A stretch of DNA of 55,637 nucleotides, the filler included, from Sphacelaria rigidula (taxonomy: Eukaryota): assembly GCA_964200075.2 (NCBI GenBank). It is 4 parts of 4 records of this genome, joined end to end, with 100 filler letters (N's around TTAATTAATTAA, not from the genome) between each part and the next. Parts side by side here need not be neighbours in the genome. Positions count along the whole stretch, not along the records: positions 27,871 to 41,704 come from CAXNAA020002638.1; positions 41,805 to 55,637 come from CAXNAA020002639.1; 2 more parts are not named here. One strand, 5' to 3'. The notes below the pieces were generated by a model. The model was not told the origin of the DNA and ran no database searches. It saw only the letters and a program-made list of their open reading frames with translations. This document shows positions 38,541 to 51,844 of the stretch, one piece after another. The first letter of the stretch is position 1. The number at the start of each line of letters is the position of its first letter. The translations under genes and the position numbers were made by a program.

Positions 38541-40399
38541 CCCACCCAAAATCGCTTCGGAATGTGATATCTGGTCTCGGGGATGTGCCTTCTAATTAGC
38601 CTTTGTGGACTTTGAGGAAATCGTTCGGACTGTTCGATAATGGTACCCTTCCAGGGAAACATGCAAGTGCCGCGTAACCCCCATCACACTTTTCCTATCA
38701 CGTCTCGCGTCTCTTGGAGCCGTGTTTCATGATCGGAAAAAAATATGTTGTGAAATTCGGGGTTTTCTTCAAGGTATTTTTTCTGAGACTGTTTCTTATG
38801 GGCCCTTGCTGGGAAAAAAAATCTCCGAGAGAGGGATTTTCCTCCACCCGAGCACTTATCTCGCCTATCTTGTCGAAAAATGCAAACTATTTCTGGAGAG
38901 ATGAAGGCTCGTCGGGGAAGAAGTTGATGAAAATGCCTCCTATTATCCCTTTTAGAAGTACAACCTCTACGCTGAGGTTGTGTCTGGAGGAAAGTTTTGG
39001 TACGAAGAAAAATCCTAGCGAACCGTTAATTTGACGACCACATTTTTTTTTCTTGTATCTCGACAGTTTTTAAACCACCTCTTTCGGCATTTTCACGAGA
39101 TACGCTATGCCAGATGCGGCTTCCGATTGCTGAGACCGCAGTTCTCAATCAGCTGTTTGACGTGCAAGGTCTTGTCGCAATCGGTCATGAGTTGAAGCAT
39201 CATTGTCTATTCGTGGACAAATACGTCGCGTCGAACCGACATTTTTTGCCGAAAAACCGCGACAAACATTCACGTAGATGGCCGCTGCTTGGCCAATATC
39301 CCATCAACGCCACTGAAAAAAAGCGTCGTACTGCGGTGGATGTGGCTACTATGGCCACTGTACTCGTCAAGGTTTCAGGCGTCGAGCCTTACTATCTTCG
39401 GGTGCCGGGACACATGTTCAAATATCAAGCACACGCTTCAAACCATGCCACATCACAACCGTTGGACTTGATCCGATTGAAATGACAATATTTTACGCCG
39501 TATGGTCGCGCGAAAATGCCAAGGTTATTGTTTTGGACTCCTTCGGTAGGAAGCGCGGAAAAGATCCCGGACGGACTCAGCCGTGGTCGTTACACAAAAG
39601 ATGAAGGTACCAAGCCCCACGTCTAAAGTAACAAAATGGAAGCACCCGCGTGAAAAATATGTTTTTGGGAAAGATGAAGAGATGGAACAGAGTAAATCCG
39701 AAAAACCACAATTCGAAACAAGAACGATAGGAGCAGAAAAGGGAACGAAATGAAAATAGAAGGAGAAGGAACCTCGGTTCCGATGAAATATCAGAAGAAA
39801 ACTAGAAACAGTTTGCCCCTGCAGCATGGCTTTCGGTGAAAAAGGCCGTGCGCAATGAACGCGCACACCCACACACAAACATGAACACAAAACAAGAGAT
39901 ACGTGGAAGCAGATTACCGCTCAGCTATTTCGGAGCCACACAAATTGGGCATAATCGTTCACCCACGAGCTCTATGGAAGCAAGATATTGCAGGAACTTG
40001 GGGAGAGAGACATAAAAAGGGAAGACGAGAGAGCAATGGAGAGAGTAAGAAAGAGCAGAGAAGAAGGAACACAGGGGATCAATCAAACCCACGGACGAAG
40101 CACATGTCTCAGAGCACAAGCAGGAGCACCGTGAGGTCACAAAGCCTAGAAGACGAAGACAGGGATACAATCACTTTTCCTGTCAATGCCCCTTCCCCCA
40201 CTCATCCTTAGTCGGAGCGAGGTCGATGGTCTAATGACAACGGTATGCATGATCATGAGTACACCCGTCCTTGGTCGGAAATGAAGCGGGCCACTCTCTC
40301 CACTATCGCCATTTTCCATCCTGGATTCCCCGCGAGCTGCTGTTGTATCAACCGGGGCGGCTCTCGACGCAACAGCGTCTCGCTGTGGCGAACTACCGA

Positions 40400-41395
40400 T
40401 TGGCGTTTGTCCCTGTCCCACAAACGCCCCCGTGGAACCAAGTTGGCGCTTGCGGATGCTTGTCTCGATATGCTGGCAATTGATATTCTCGGGCATTGCT
40501 TTGTAGGAGGGTAAGAGGAAGTAATGTGTCCACCGCGGCTATTTCCGCGGACGCCAAGTGCTCGCAGTCAAAGCTTGTGGTCGTCAGGCTTTCGAAGTCC
40601 TCTGGGTGCAGCATCAAAGTAGCACATCTGCACAGCAGAGCCTTCACCGCCTCCACGTTGCGCACCCACATGTTCAGAGCATGCTGAGCGTGGGGCTGAT
40701 CGTAGAATTAGGAAGTATGAATTCATAGGCGTGGCCACGTAGCGCTGACGCGGTGCTTGATCTCGACCTGGATATTGGCGTCTGCCATCACAACGCCACC
40801 ACGGGAAACCGAATCAGCCGTCTGCTTATACCGTTGGCTTGCCGTCTTTATATGCAGTGTTGCCTTTGGGGAGCTAGGTACTGATCACAGGCCAATATCA
40901 CAGCCATCACCCTAGCAAGCTCGTGTGGGGACCTCGAGGCTTGCTTGTGTCGTATGCGTTCAGCAGTCTCCATATCGCGCGGCGCACCCTCTCCAGCGGC
41001 GTCCCCCTGTGGGGTCACCATTGTCACTCTCTGGTGCAGTATCTAGATATACCGAGTCTGAAACAGTACAGTGGCAGGGGCCATCGCGAAGAGCTGTACC
41101 ATCACATTGACAAATTCTGCGCCGCAGATGTTGAAGAGCAGCAGGGACGAAACTCATCCTTACCTGACCCCCTGGCAGACGTGAATCCATTCTGATTGTT
41201 TTGCCATCATCCAGCTGTATCAGACCTCGCATGCCGTCGGCAACATACTGAGAGCCGTGGTCATTCGCGGTGGTACTCCCAAGCGGGCAAGTGCTGGTCT
41301 CAGGAGCGTATAGTCTGCAGAGTCGCACGCCTCGAGCAAGTCGATGAAGCGCGTCGATGGGAGATTACTCGCCCGTCCTAACTCGTGCAGTCGAG
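40400..41395 (-). mobile_element. RTE-clade LINE reverse transcriptase relic
   Basis: Frameshifted RT motifs in order: RLHELGRASNLP..FIDLLEACDSAD..LL..ALARLGVPPRM, DGMRGLIQLDDGKT, VRRAIWRLLNAYD (degenerate YADD), EAVKALLCRCAT. Confidence 0.85.
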
Positions 41396-41704
41396 GCAGA
41401 TACTTTCTACGATATACTAGTCCCCCTCCCCAAAAGTGGCAGGTTTGCGGATGCCAAATGTACACGTGAATCGAAATGAAAAAAAGCCGAGCACAACGAG
41501 AAGCGAGGTATTCCCACGCTCGGGGTCGTTTCCGCCATTGTCACCCGTAGGAGGCGTTTCTTGTAGCTTAAAGCCAAACGTCAGGCGCTGTATGACCATT
41601 TTCTTCGTTACATTTTTGGGCTGGTTTTTTGGGGGGGGGGCGTACTCATTTGTTGCTTACCTTAGTCGTTTGACCACTGACCACGCATCCCTTTCGAAAC
41701 GGAG

Positions 41705-41804
41705 NNNNNNNNNNNNNNNNNNNNNNNNNNNNNNNNNNNNNNNNNNNNTTAATTAATTAANNNNNNNNNNNNNNNNNNNNNNNNNNNNNNNNNNNNNNNN
41801 NNNN
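41705..41804. other. Artificial contig-joining linker
   Basis: N44-TTAATTAATTAA-N44. Confidence 0.98.
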
Positions 41805-44800
41805 CATCCGGTCGCTTCTTTCCCTATGTTCGCCGCTCGGTTTTCTTTCTTTTTTGGTTGTGTGGGTGTAGTGGGGGGGGGGGGGTACTATACTAAATCC
41901 TTTACATGAATTAAGAAAATATATATGAAGTACATGAAAATAAAATTCGTGCTATCAAAGCTTCAATTCTTCGGACGTCTTCGGAGCCAAGTAAGGTCAA
42001 GTCATCTTTTTGGGCTTCGGCAATACACTGCACATCACACTTCCACGACAAGACTAAGACAAGACAAATACCACAATGCTCTGCAATGCTTGCTAAATCA
42101 AGATATACGCACCTACCTGCACCCACACGCGGTCATTCCGCTGCCCCCAAAATTCCTCGAGAGCGGTCAATTTTCGAGCCTCCCGAGGGTTTGAATGCCT
42201 TCAGAGGTGTCCTTTTTGGTTTCCTCCAGAGGGATCAAACACCCCCCCGAAGGCTTGTTTTCGTCTGCGGTGGACCGCGCATCCCTCGGGAGGCATTCTG
42301 CTACCCTCAAATTCCTCCGGAGGGGTGCGCGGCCCTACAGAGCGGTAGTTTTTGGTTTCCTCCCGTGAAAATAGGCTTAAATTGCGGCCATCTCACAGTA
42401 TTGCCCATCTAGTCTCTCTTAATGGTATCATTTTGCGTGGTACACATCTCCAGGACTGGAAAAGGCATGCAGCTGACGCCTCGGCGCTCAACGAAAGCGA
42501 TCTCAGCGACGGCAGGATAGTTGTGAACGAAAGTCTGTGAGGGCGCAATACTGTTGGAGCATGGAATAAATACCTGCAGCGGTCCCTCGAGGGGTAGTGG
42601 CATGCTAACAGAAGAAATATGTCCAAAATTATCACTGTTATCGCCTGTGTCGTCTTGAACGGGGCCGACCATGAAACTCCCGACAAATAGATGGTGGCAC
42701 AGCGGATAGGGGCCGTAATGACGCATTGGGAAAAATCATGTCCAGGCGTCCAACGCCGCACTCATCAGCAGACCACAACACATGTTATCCGGAGGTGGGG
42801 AATAGTGACGGTTGTTGGTTGCGCTCTGAAGAGAGGCGGGCACGCGCAATGTCTTGGAACAATATGATACATCGATTTCACCTACCCATGCGCGAATAAA
42901 TATGAGAGAGGCACGCTATCAGCGCCTGTTGGAAACGATTTGAAAATGAATCATTCATATATATACTTGAATATAATTTTCGGTATGTTCTCGTGAACGA
43001 GACCGACCCCGAAATCTCTCGACAGATGAGCCATAGTGGCAAAGTGGATGAAGGCTAAATGATGTGTTGAAGAAGTTCGCCTCAACGTCTCCGACGCCGA
43101 ACACTTTCACCAGACCCCACCCGACCGTCACATTTGTTGTCTAGGGGTGGAAATTGGCCGTAGGGGGTGGTGGTCCCGCCCTGTCACGATAGGGGCACGC
43201 GACGGCCGTGCCTACTAAAAACGATCGCATATCAAAGTCAATTTCCACCCGCAAATGAATCATCCAGACCCAGTATTGTTTACACGAAACAACCCAGGGA
43301 ACAGAAAATCTGGAGGGGGAAAGTTGGGCGAAAGGTGAAGTCGGACGAATCCCTATGGAAATGTCTCTGGACGGGAAGAATGGCAATACTTTTACCACAG
43401 CCCGAAAGAGGGCGAGAAGAAGTTTTCGACACTGAGCTTGAATGAACAGATTTTGTGATGAGGTGGAGCACGAGCGAGTGGTTTGAAGAGTCGATACCCC
43501 GGTACTCGGGGATAACCAGTGTTTTCGGCAGTCGTACTCGGTACTCCAGACACTCGGGAGTACTCAGTATTTCCGGCAGGCGATACGAGCTGGGCCAGCC
43601 GTGAAACGCACAAACGCACGTATTAACAGCTGCTCAAGTTTATGGAATAAGCCCGATTCAAGGATATCGCTGGGAACTCAAAACAACGTGGTCATGCACG
43701 CTCTGCCGCTAAAAATTGAAGAATAAACGGATTGCATAATATATAACCCTAGTTACCGAAGCAGATTCTGCAGAAGCGAAGGAGGATCTGTCAGGATTCG
43801 AACTCGTCACCTCCACATCTAGAGTCTCCTGTATCACTTGGATGAAATGGACGCAGCGGTGCCACACAACAAGTGCCAGACTGGGCCCAAATTTTGGAGT
43901 TTTTGGCGAAATTCTTGCCAGGATTTCCTGCACGCAGTTACGTACAACACTTGTGAGGATGCCACCGTTTTTCGTGTTTTCCACGGAGTTATGACGTTTT
44001 ACCAGTTCTACTTGAATCTTCAACACGCTCCAACTCTCGGATTTTTTTTTGTCTGGCATCCCGAGAAATGTTGCGCGTGACGATGATGAAAATGTGTCAA
44101 ATTTTCCGCGCCTAACTCCTCAAAATTTAGCACCGCCGAACCCGAAAACGTTCAAGAGTCGCTGTCAGCTGGTCTAGCTCGTGAATAAACCAGGTACTCT
44201 GGGATACATTATGCGCTGCAGTACCGAGTTTTGAAATTACAAAGTGCTCTTGATCACACAGTATTTCCTCACCCGCGATTCTTTCTTACATTCACTTCTC
44301 CTGTACTCTGTCAAAGTCCGCGCTCTCTAGTGGCGACCTTATCGTGGCTATACTAGGCGTGTCTATAATCTAAGCACTGAAGGCAGCGTTTCAATTGGTG
44401 AGCACATGCACACCACTTTTTCTCATGTTGATTCGACGCAAAGCAGATCAAGAATGATGTTCGCTTATGTTCGCGACACTTCACGATGACGCCGCATGTA
44501 CGCTGAAAAGGCCTCGCCGAGGATTGCGGAAACATGTGCCAGAAACGGTCCAACGAGAATGGTCATGTATTCGATAGACTGGTGCTTGCTGCTCCAATCA
44601 TAAACACTTGAAAAATCCTAAAGCTAAAACAGAGGAAAGACTAGCGCGAGTAATTTGAGGCGGCGGCAGTCCTGGTGCTGTAAGATACCAAGTATTTTGA
44701 GCAGACATACTAATCTTTTTCAGCAGCAATGCTCCATATCTCTGTATTGATGAGTTTTTCGGCAGGTGATACTCCAGGTAATCAGCACTACAGATCATCG

Positions 44801-44957
44801 TGTTTTTTGGAAATCCATAGCACCAGGAGTATCAGACTGTATACAAAGCACCAAGGGCAGGTCGAGTAGAGTATGTACTTCAGCGTACTCGAGTAAAATA
44901 CTCGAGTATTTTCGAGTAATTACTCAACTTAAATTTTGAGTAGGTCGAGTACGGCCT

Positions 44958-45647
44958 TGTCGGGAGAGAAGTCGTCGCTCTGTTCCCCAATATAGATCCA
45001 ACCGATTTTATGCAAGTCAGATATCGTGTTCAAATCAAGATCACAGAATGTGGGCGCTGATGTGCCGAAACAAGGAAGTATGCTTTTGACTCGTCTTCTT
45101 GCATGTTACTGCTACCGCCCTTGTGTTGCCGCACTATAGTAAGACTCGAAATCACAATCAAAACCAAGCTGTCAGCCAAAATCACGAGAGGCGGGAGAGG
45201 AGTGAAACGCGGAGGTGGGAGCCGAAAATCCTTCTGCCCTCATCCTTGTGTTTCTCCATCTCTTTTGTCGTACTTGGCTACCTAATCTGTGATGTTAACT
45301 CTCAAAGAAGCCACTCTAAAGCACCCGAGCACACCCAAAAGCTAGTTATCTTGTGTGTAGTCCGATACATGTGAAAAAATAAATAATTTTCCTTGAATCC
45401 ACCCTCCAAGATACCTCTACTGCTCTGGCCTTCCGATCCGGAATCCAAGTTTTTCTTTACTTTTATTGAACATAGAATACGCTAGCGTGTTTATTGCCCG
45501 TAGCTAGAATAATGCTTGCTTGGCCTTCAAACACCACGATGACAAGGGTTATTTTATCATGTTGTTCCCCGATGCATACGTTTATATTTAAACCTAGAAC
45601 TGGTTCAGTTCGAAACCATGAAGCCTCCGAGAGCTCGGCTCACCACA
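44958..45647 (-). repeat. 3' LTR
   Basis: Direct repeat of 50641-51358; bounded tgtcgg...ctcaccaca. Confidence 0.9.
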
Positions 45648-46072
45648 TCAGCCCATTCTGTGAACCTAAATTTCATCTTTTGTTTAGATAAATTGGGTGA
45701 AGAACTTTATATAAATCACTAAAATTGTGGTGAGCCTCAATATTTTCCATTAATACTCCAACCAGCCGCCCCAACTCCTCAAATACTACAAAACGAACTT
45801 CAAATAAATGTAACATCCATCATTTTACCGTGCCTTCTCCACACAAAACGTCACAAATCGATCCCCTCCGTCATAAATGCCGCCTTTGTCCAACCTACAC
45901 AATTAATTTAACAGTCAACTTCAAATTAAAACAGATAAAAACACTCAAACTGAGATGATGAAGAAGTGAAGCCATTTCATCGTTCTCCGGGCGTAGCTTC
46001 ATCTCCTTCTCGTCTTCGTGTACCGATGCCAAAACCACCCCCCGATCATCTACAATCTCGTGACGTTCGTCT

Positions 46073-46812
46073 TCAAATCCGATGATAGTCGATGGTCTCC
46101 TCCAGCGTATGTGCAAAGAATTTTGAAGTCCCGTGCTGCACATGGACATGCCAGCACCAATCCCCCACTTGGTTCCGAGAGGTGTTCAAATTTTCGATCG
46201 AAAGACGAACATTGTACCTCCTTCCGAGATCCAACATCCTCAAGGTTTTGCGCCGCCCCGGTAACGCCGCATCCTCCTGAAGGCCCATCACTTGAGCTGA
46301 AAGCCACCTTATCGTCTGCGTTCGATAGTAGATATAACAACCGACAATTTGCGGGTCATATACATGAGGACCAGCAGTGACATTGCTTCTCAACTGATTA
46401 CCTCGAGCCACAAACATTTCTCCTCGTTCCCTAGCCTCCGCCCGTCTCGCCAAATTTATGCGATATTTTCCGTACTTGGAGTTGTCTGGCTTCTCCGTTT
46501 TAGGATTTCCCATCCAGTACGTCAAAATTACCCGACCATATTGTTTTATGTCCTCCTTATGCTCCCACCTGGGCCTCTCCGAATTTTCCAAATACAGTAA
46601 ATACTGAACTGAGTGTTTTCCACCCAAGCCACGAGATACACAGTGACTCACAATCCTCGTGGGCTTCAGCCTGTATGTATCCAGCTGTATCGACACGTCT
46701 TCCTCTGTTAGATGTAACGGAGGTGATGGTTCCGAATATTGATTCAACACATTTCTTGGGTACGTCTATCATGGGGCCACGACTGGACCCCTGGGGGGTC
46801 AGTTTAAGTGCG

Positions 46813-46844
<32 letters not shown>

Positions 46845-47610
46845 CATACTGACTTGAACCCCAGGGTACAGGCTTCGGCGGCTCCGGTTCATCTTTTGAA
46901 TTGAAGCACCGCTTACATCTCAACGCGGAAACTGGGGGACTCATGATTGCCCCAGGCTCATTTTTCCGGAGTTCAAGCAACAGTAGTTTTTCTCCCACTA
47001 GCTCACCCTTTTCCGAAATACCTGGTCCCACCACCAAGATTTTGTATGGTCCTCTCCAGGAATGCGACAGTTCAGACGATAAAGCTGTTTTCCCCCTTTC
47101 GCGTACCGCATTTCCTCCCGACATGATGGTACCCTTGGTGTCATACACAAAAACCCAATTGCCTACCTCCCACTTTGGCTTTCGATTTAGAACTTGTTCC
47201 ACCTGCTCATTATTTGACTCGTGTTTGGATTTCATCAAAAAGTCCTCTTGTCTCACAAGATCGTATGCTTTGGTTCGACGATCCTTCATCAGCTGCAAAT
47301 ATTCTAGTTGGTCTGCCTTCAATCCTTGTTGTCCTGCCACACCCCTTCGATCCAGGATGGTCATGGGTAACCTTGGATGTCTCCCGATATGCACCTCATT
47401 CGGCGCTAACCCTATTACTCTACTTGCGTTGCTATGTGCAAAAATAGCGAGTAACAAAAGCTTGTCCCAGTCTTTCTGGTCATCTACCACTAGGTATGAC
47501 AACATCTGACATAACTTGTGGTTCAGTTGCTCTACCATCCCGTTCGTTGGCGGATGATACGCACTCGTGCATCGTTTCACGGCTCCCAACATGTCATGGG
47601 CAAATCCTTG
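46073..47610 (-). pseudogene. Gypsy integrase C-terminal half with GPY/F motif and chromodomain-like segment
   Basis: TSAYHPPTNGMVEQLN...DWD, then SWRGPYKIL, then RIVSHCV...VQYLLYLENSERPRWE. Interrupted by an insertion at about 46753-46843. Confidence 0.88.
46753..46843 (+). mobile_element. 5'-truncated retroposon tail with (ATCA)n, inserted in the integrase ORF
   Basis: Same 3' end as 28410-28465. Removing it restores the frame SQYV-LNQYSEP. Confidence 0.75.
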
Positions 47611-49682
47611 CCACTTTTGCTGCAAATTCCGTTCCTCAATCCGACAATCACGTGTGAGGACATCCCCATCTTGGGATGTAGTCATGCGCCACAATGTTCG
47701 CACAACCCTCCGCTGTTTTCTCTTCTCTGGTAAGAGCATAAGCTTCTGCATGTCTACTGAACAGATCCACCATCGAAAGCATGTATTCCCTCTGTTGATT
47801 TTGGTAACGCGCCCGACAAATCAAACGAAACCATCTGCCCTGGTTGACCCGGCAGTGGTGAGGAAAGAAGTGGCCATCTTACTGAATGTCTGGGATTTTT
47901 CCGAGCTTGACATGTTTAACACCTTCTTATCCAGAATTTTACACTGTCCTTCATTCCAATCCACCTGTAATACCGTTTCAACAAAGATAACGTGACACCT
48001 TCCCCCAAATGAATAGCTTTTTTGTTGTGAGTTTGGTCCATTACCCAAGGTCTCAAAAGCAGTGACACATTCGTTCTGTTTGGCTCTTCTCCCAAATACC
48101 TCTCGAATTGTCCCGGGTTTCGGTCCAGTTGACTGGGCATTTGCGTCTGCTTCTTTACTATTGATGAACCTCCGTCCGATATTTCCAAATGTGTTCCCTG
48201 TTTCAGTAATCTTATTAAACTCGGATAGGTCAATTCGTTTGGGAACCCCCTTTTCTTGATCCTTGGTCAACACCGTCACTCGTTTTTTCAAATATTCGAT
48301 GACCGTCCTAGACGTGAGATCGTTACCATTGTCTACAAGTACCCTACGTACTGCGCAACACGAAGATTGATCACGATCTGTTTGTCGTGAAGTATCTCGG
48401 GATTCTTCAACGGTTCTATCGGGGAAATCAATAGTCATGCATACCTGCACATCGTTACCGTTGTTAGACGATCCACTTTCGTGTACGGTTGCCAGATCGA
48501 GAGTAGGACCAGCCACGCTTGATCCTCCCTGGCCTTTCATTACTGTTGCCCCGACTGTTTTTGTGAGCTGTTGAGCTACGTACGTCGGGATCTTTAGGTG
48601 GAGAGATTTTACCTGCACCTACCTCAATGCTACTGATTTGTCGAAGTGGTGTGTTTCGTGTCAGACACAGTGAAAATATAGGCTGGACAATTTTCTTCTT
48701 CCCTCACCGGAGCATTACTGTTAACCCAGCTGCCGCGGGCAGAAGTGCCGTGGACAGTCGACGATTTAGTTTCGGCAGGAATAATGTCATTTCGACCAAC
48801 CAGGTGACGACCATTACTATTGCTCCTTCCGATGCGAGCTGTTTAGCTTCGCACGGTAGAACATTCAGCGGGACGATCTCTGCATGTGTTCCCCGGTCCA
48901 GATGGGTATCGAGGGCTACCTTGATAGCTGACTCGATCATGCGGTTCTCCTACCTCACCCTGGATGCTTACTTGTCTTACTTGGTGCTCTTTACTCTGCG
49001 ACTGTACAATTGCATCGGGTCCATCCATAACCCTGGCTACAATCGACAGCTCAAATGATTCATCTCGGCTGCCTGCTTGTGCACTCGATTTTTTATTTTC
49101 ACATGAAATATCGCTTAGAATTGGTGCGCAACTGGAGGAGCTACCCCTACCTGATGTGCTATTCCGACGGCCAAACTGGGATGTCGCGCAAGATTTCCAC
49201 GATGAGGCCCTACTTGCACCCGTCTGCATTGAAGTGACTACAGACTGGTTGACACCCTGATCTGTACAGGATTGTGATGTCTCTCCAACTTTCGGATTAC
49301 CTTCCCGCGGATGATCAGTCCCCACGTTGGATTTCAGTGATTCATCGGCACCACAATTCTTACCCAGTGGAAACCCATTCTCCTCGTTCCCCCAACAAGT
49401 AGTCTTCCCCGTGCAAGGACGAGCCAGTTGGACTTTCCGGACTAGACACAGTGACGACATTAGTATTTGCAATCTTTGCAAGAGGATCAGGTCCTTCAAT
49501 ACTTGATACGGGCTGAAGTGCTGTCGTTAAACTGACCCGAGTTTCATCGTTGCATCTTCACGGTTTGTTTCTAATACGATGGCAGGCACACAGCCGATGC
49601 TGACACCCTCGCCACTTTGAGAAATTTCTTGTGGGGACCCTTCCCCGATTTTATGGTGGATAATTCCGGATTTATTTATAAA

Positions 49683-50400
49683 TTATTGAGGACAGTCTCG
49701 GGCAAAAATGTGCTCCGAGCTGCCGCAATTTACACAGAAATGACCGAATGCCTTGTGCGCGGCATCTTTTGCTTCGCGAGGGTTCAACGGTAGGTAAAAG
49801 GGATTGTTCTTCTGACCAATGGAATTGTCGAACTGCGTTGCTGTATCTTCCTCTTGGTACACCTCATCAATACCCATGACACCTCCAGACGTTTTACCAT
49901 GTAATGCCCTGGCGAAATGTCTAGCTCTGGTTGTTACACCACCGGCACTCCCAGTACCAAAATGCTTCGCTACTACAGCCACCGAGGTGTTCGTGTCGAG
50001 ATCTCCAATGTCGTCGTTTCATCAATTGCTCAACATCTTCAAAGGGGAAGGGTTGATGGTGCCGACCCGCAAAAGCCTGTGCACTTATATACGAAAATTG
50101 GTCATCGATGCCGTTTTTCACCGCCGATTGAATTGAACCATTCCCCGGGGCTATTTCTCGACCAACATTTTGCACATTTGCTATCAACAGTCTCAGTCCA
50201 GGTAGATGTTCGCGAAGGTGGTCCCAGGGTAAACTGTAAAATTTACCAGCAAACCCATAACGCCAGCAGGGGTGACCTTACTTAGTGCTCTTCTAAGCAT
50301 GCATACGATATGGTCAAACGCCTCCGGACCCGTCGATCCCTCATCTTGCATTCGAATTTCCTCGTTCGTGAAGTCAGCTATGCGGATTCTCAGCACTAAT
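49683..50400 (-). pseudogene. Gypsy gag relic with CCHC zinc knuckle
   Basis: HFCVNCGSSEHIFARDC at the 3' end; frameshifted upstream segments. Confidence 0.75.
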
Positions 50401-50640
50401 GCCGCCTGGGACCCCCGGGAGGCGGATTTATGGGTATAGATGAGGTTTACCAAGAGAAAATTACAGCAATGCAGTATGTCAATTCCATTGGTAAGAAGAA
50501 CAAACACCGTTTTGGGAGGAATGGTAGGGATCCCCCCTTTTACCAACATTTGAACTCTCGCGAAGTAAAATATGCCGCGCGCAAGGCATTCGGTTTCTGT
50601 TTTATGAAAGCTACTCCCACGAGGGTGCGCCCGATTTGGA

Positions 50641-51358
50641 CGTCGGCGGCCCTGCGTAAAAGAAGTCGTCGCTCTGTTCCCCAATATAGATCCAACCGAT
50701 TTTATGCAAGTCAGATATCGTGTTCAAATCAAGGTCACAAAGAATGTGGGCGCTGATGTGCCGAAACAAGGAAGTATGCTTTTGACTCGTCTTCTTGCAT
50801 ATTACTGCTACCGCCCTTGTGTTGCCGCACTTTAGTAAGACTCGAAATCACAATCAAAACCAAGCTGTCAGCCAAAATCACGAGAGGCGTGAGAGGAGTG
50901 AAACGCGGGAGTGGGAACCGAAAATCCTTCTGCCCTCATCCTTGTGTTTCTCCATCTCTTTTGTCGTGCTTGACTACCTAATCTGTGATGTTAACTCTCA
51001 AAGGAGCCACTTTAAAGCACCCGAGCACACCCAAAAGCTAGTTGTCTTGTGTGTAGTCCCATGTATGTCAAAAGGACATCCATTTTTCCTTGAATCCGCC
51101 CTTCAACATACCTCTACTGCTCTGGCCTTCCGATCCGAAATACAAGGTCTTATTTCCTTTTTTACTTCAACATAAAACACGTCAGCGTGCTTTTAGCCCG
51201 TAGCTAAAATAATGCTTGCTTGGCCTTCAAACACCACAATAAAATTTATGTACCCCGGATAAGGGTTATTTTATCATGTTATACCCCGATTCCCCGATGC
51301 ATGAACACTAGAAATGGTTCGGTTAACCATAAAGCCTCCGAGAGCTCGGCTCACCACA
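50641..51358 (-). repeat. 5' LTR
   Basis: Direct repeat of 44958-45647; bounded cgtcgg...ctcaccaca. Confidence 0.9.
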
Positions 51359-51478
51359 GCCTCAAATACTCTACTCAAATTTTGAGTAGGTCGAGTACGG
51401 CCCCAAATACCCTTATCAAATTCTGAGTAGATCGAGTACGATCTTCAGTACTCTACTCAAATATTGAGTAAGCACTCT

Positions 51479-51844
51479 ACAGACCGGTCGCCCCCGTGGC
51501 TCAGTTGGTAGCCTCGACACCTTGTGACGGTTGTGTCGTGGGTTCAAATCTCGGAGTGATCTGGGATTTTGTCTTATGCCCAACAGTGGAGAGCAACTAT
51601 GTCGTGGGTATACAAAATTCGACTCGATGGTCGACGAGGAAAAGGGACTGCTGGATCCCTCTCCCGATAGAAAATAAAAGGGCAAGCACCGCAGAAGGAA
51701 GGTGGGGTGCTTGAAAATAGAATGAAAGAAAAAGCTCCTGTGTTGACCTTTCTCCAGTGTGACCCCGGCTGATGCACCCACATATACCGAAAGGTGTAGA
51801 CCGGCGTCCAGAATAAGAGGGACAAAAAAATTAACCCACACACA
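51479..51844 (+). mobile_element. tRNA-derived SINE (tRNA-His-like head)
   Basis: A box tggctcagttgg, B box ggttcaaatc, GTG at the anticodon position, (CA)n tail and TSD cactct (51473-51478 and 51845-51850). Confidence 0.85.

Larger units (their letters stand above)
44958..51358 (-). mobile_element. Ty3/Gypsy LTR retrotransposon, two LTRs, RT/RNase H deleted
   Basis: TG...CA outer ends with 4-bp TSD GCCT on both sides; LTRs at 44958-45647 and 50641-51358. Contains a gag zinc knuckle and an integrase C-terminal half. Confidence 0.92.

Noticed and set aside
51489-51560. Functional tRNA-His gene
   Set aside because: Stems pair poorly, and the sequence continues into a retroposon body, tail and TSD, so it is a SINE head.
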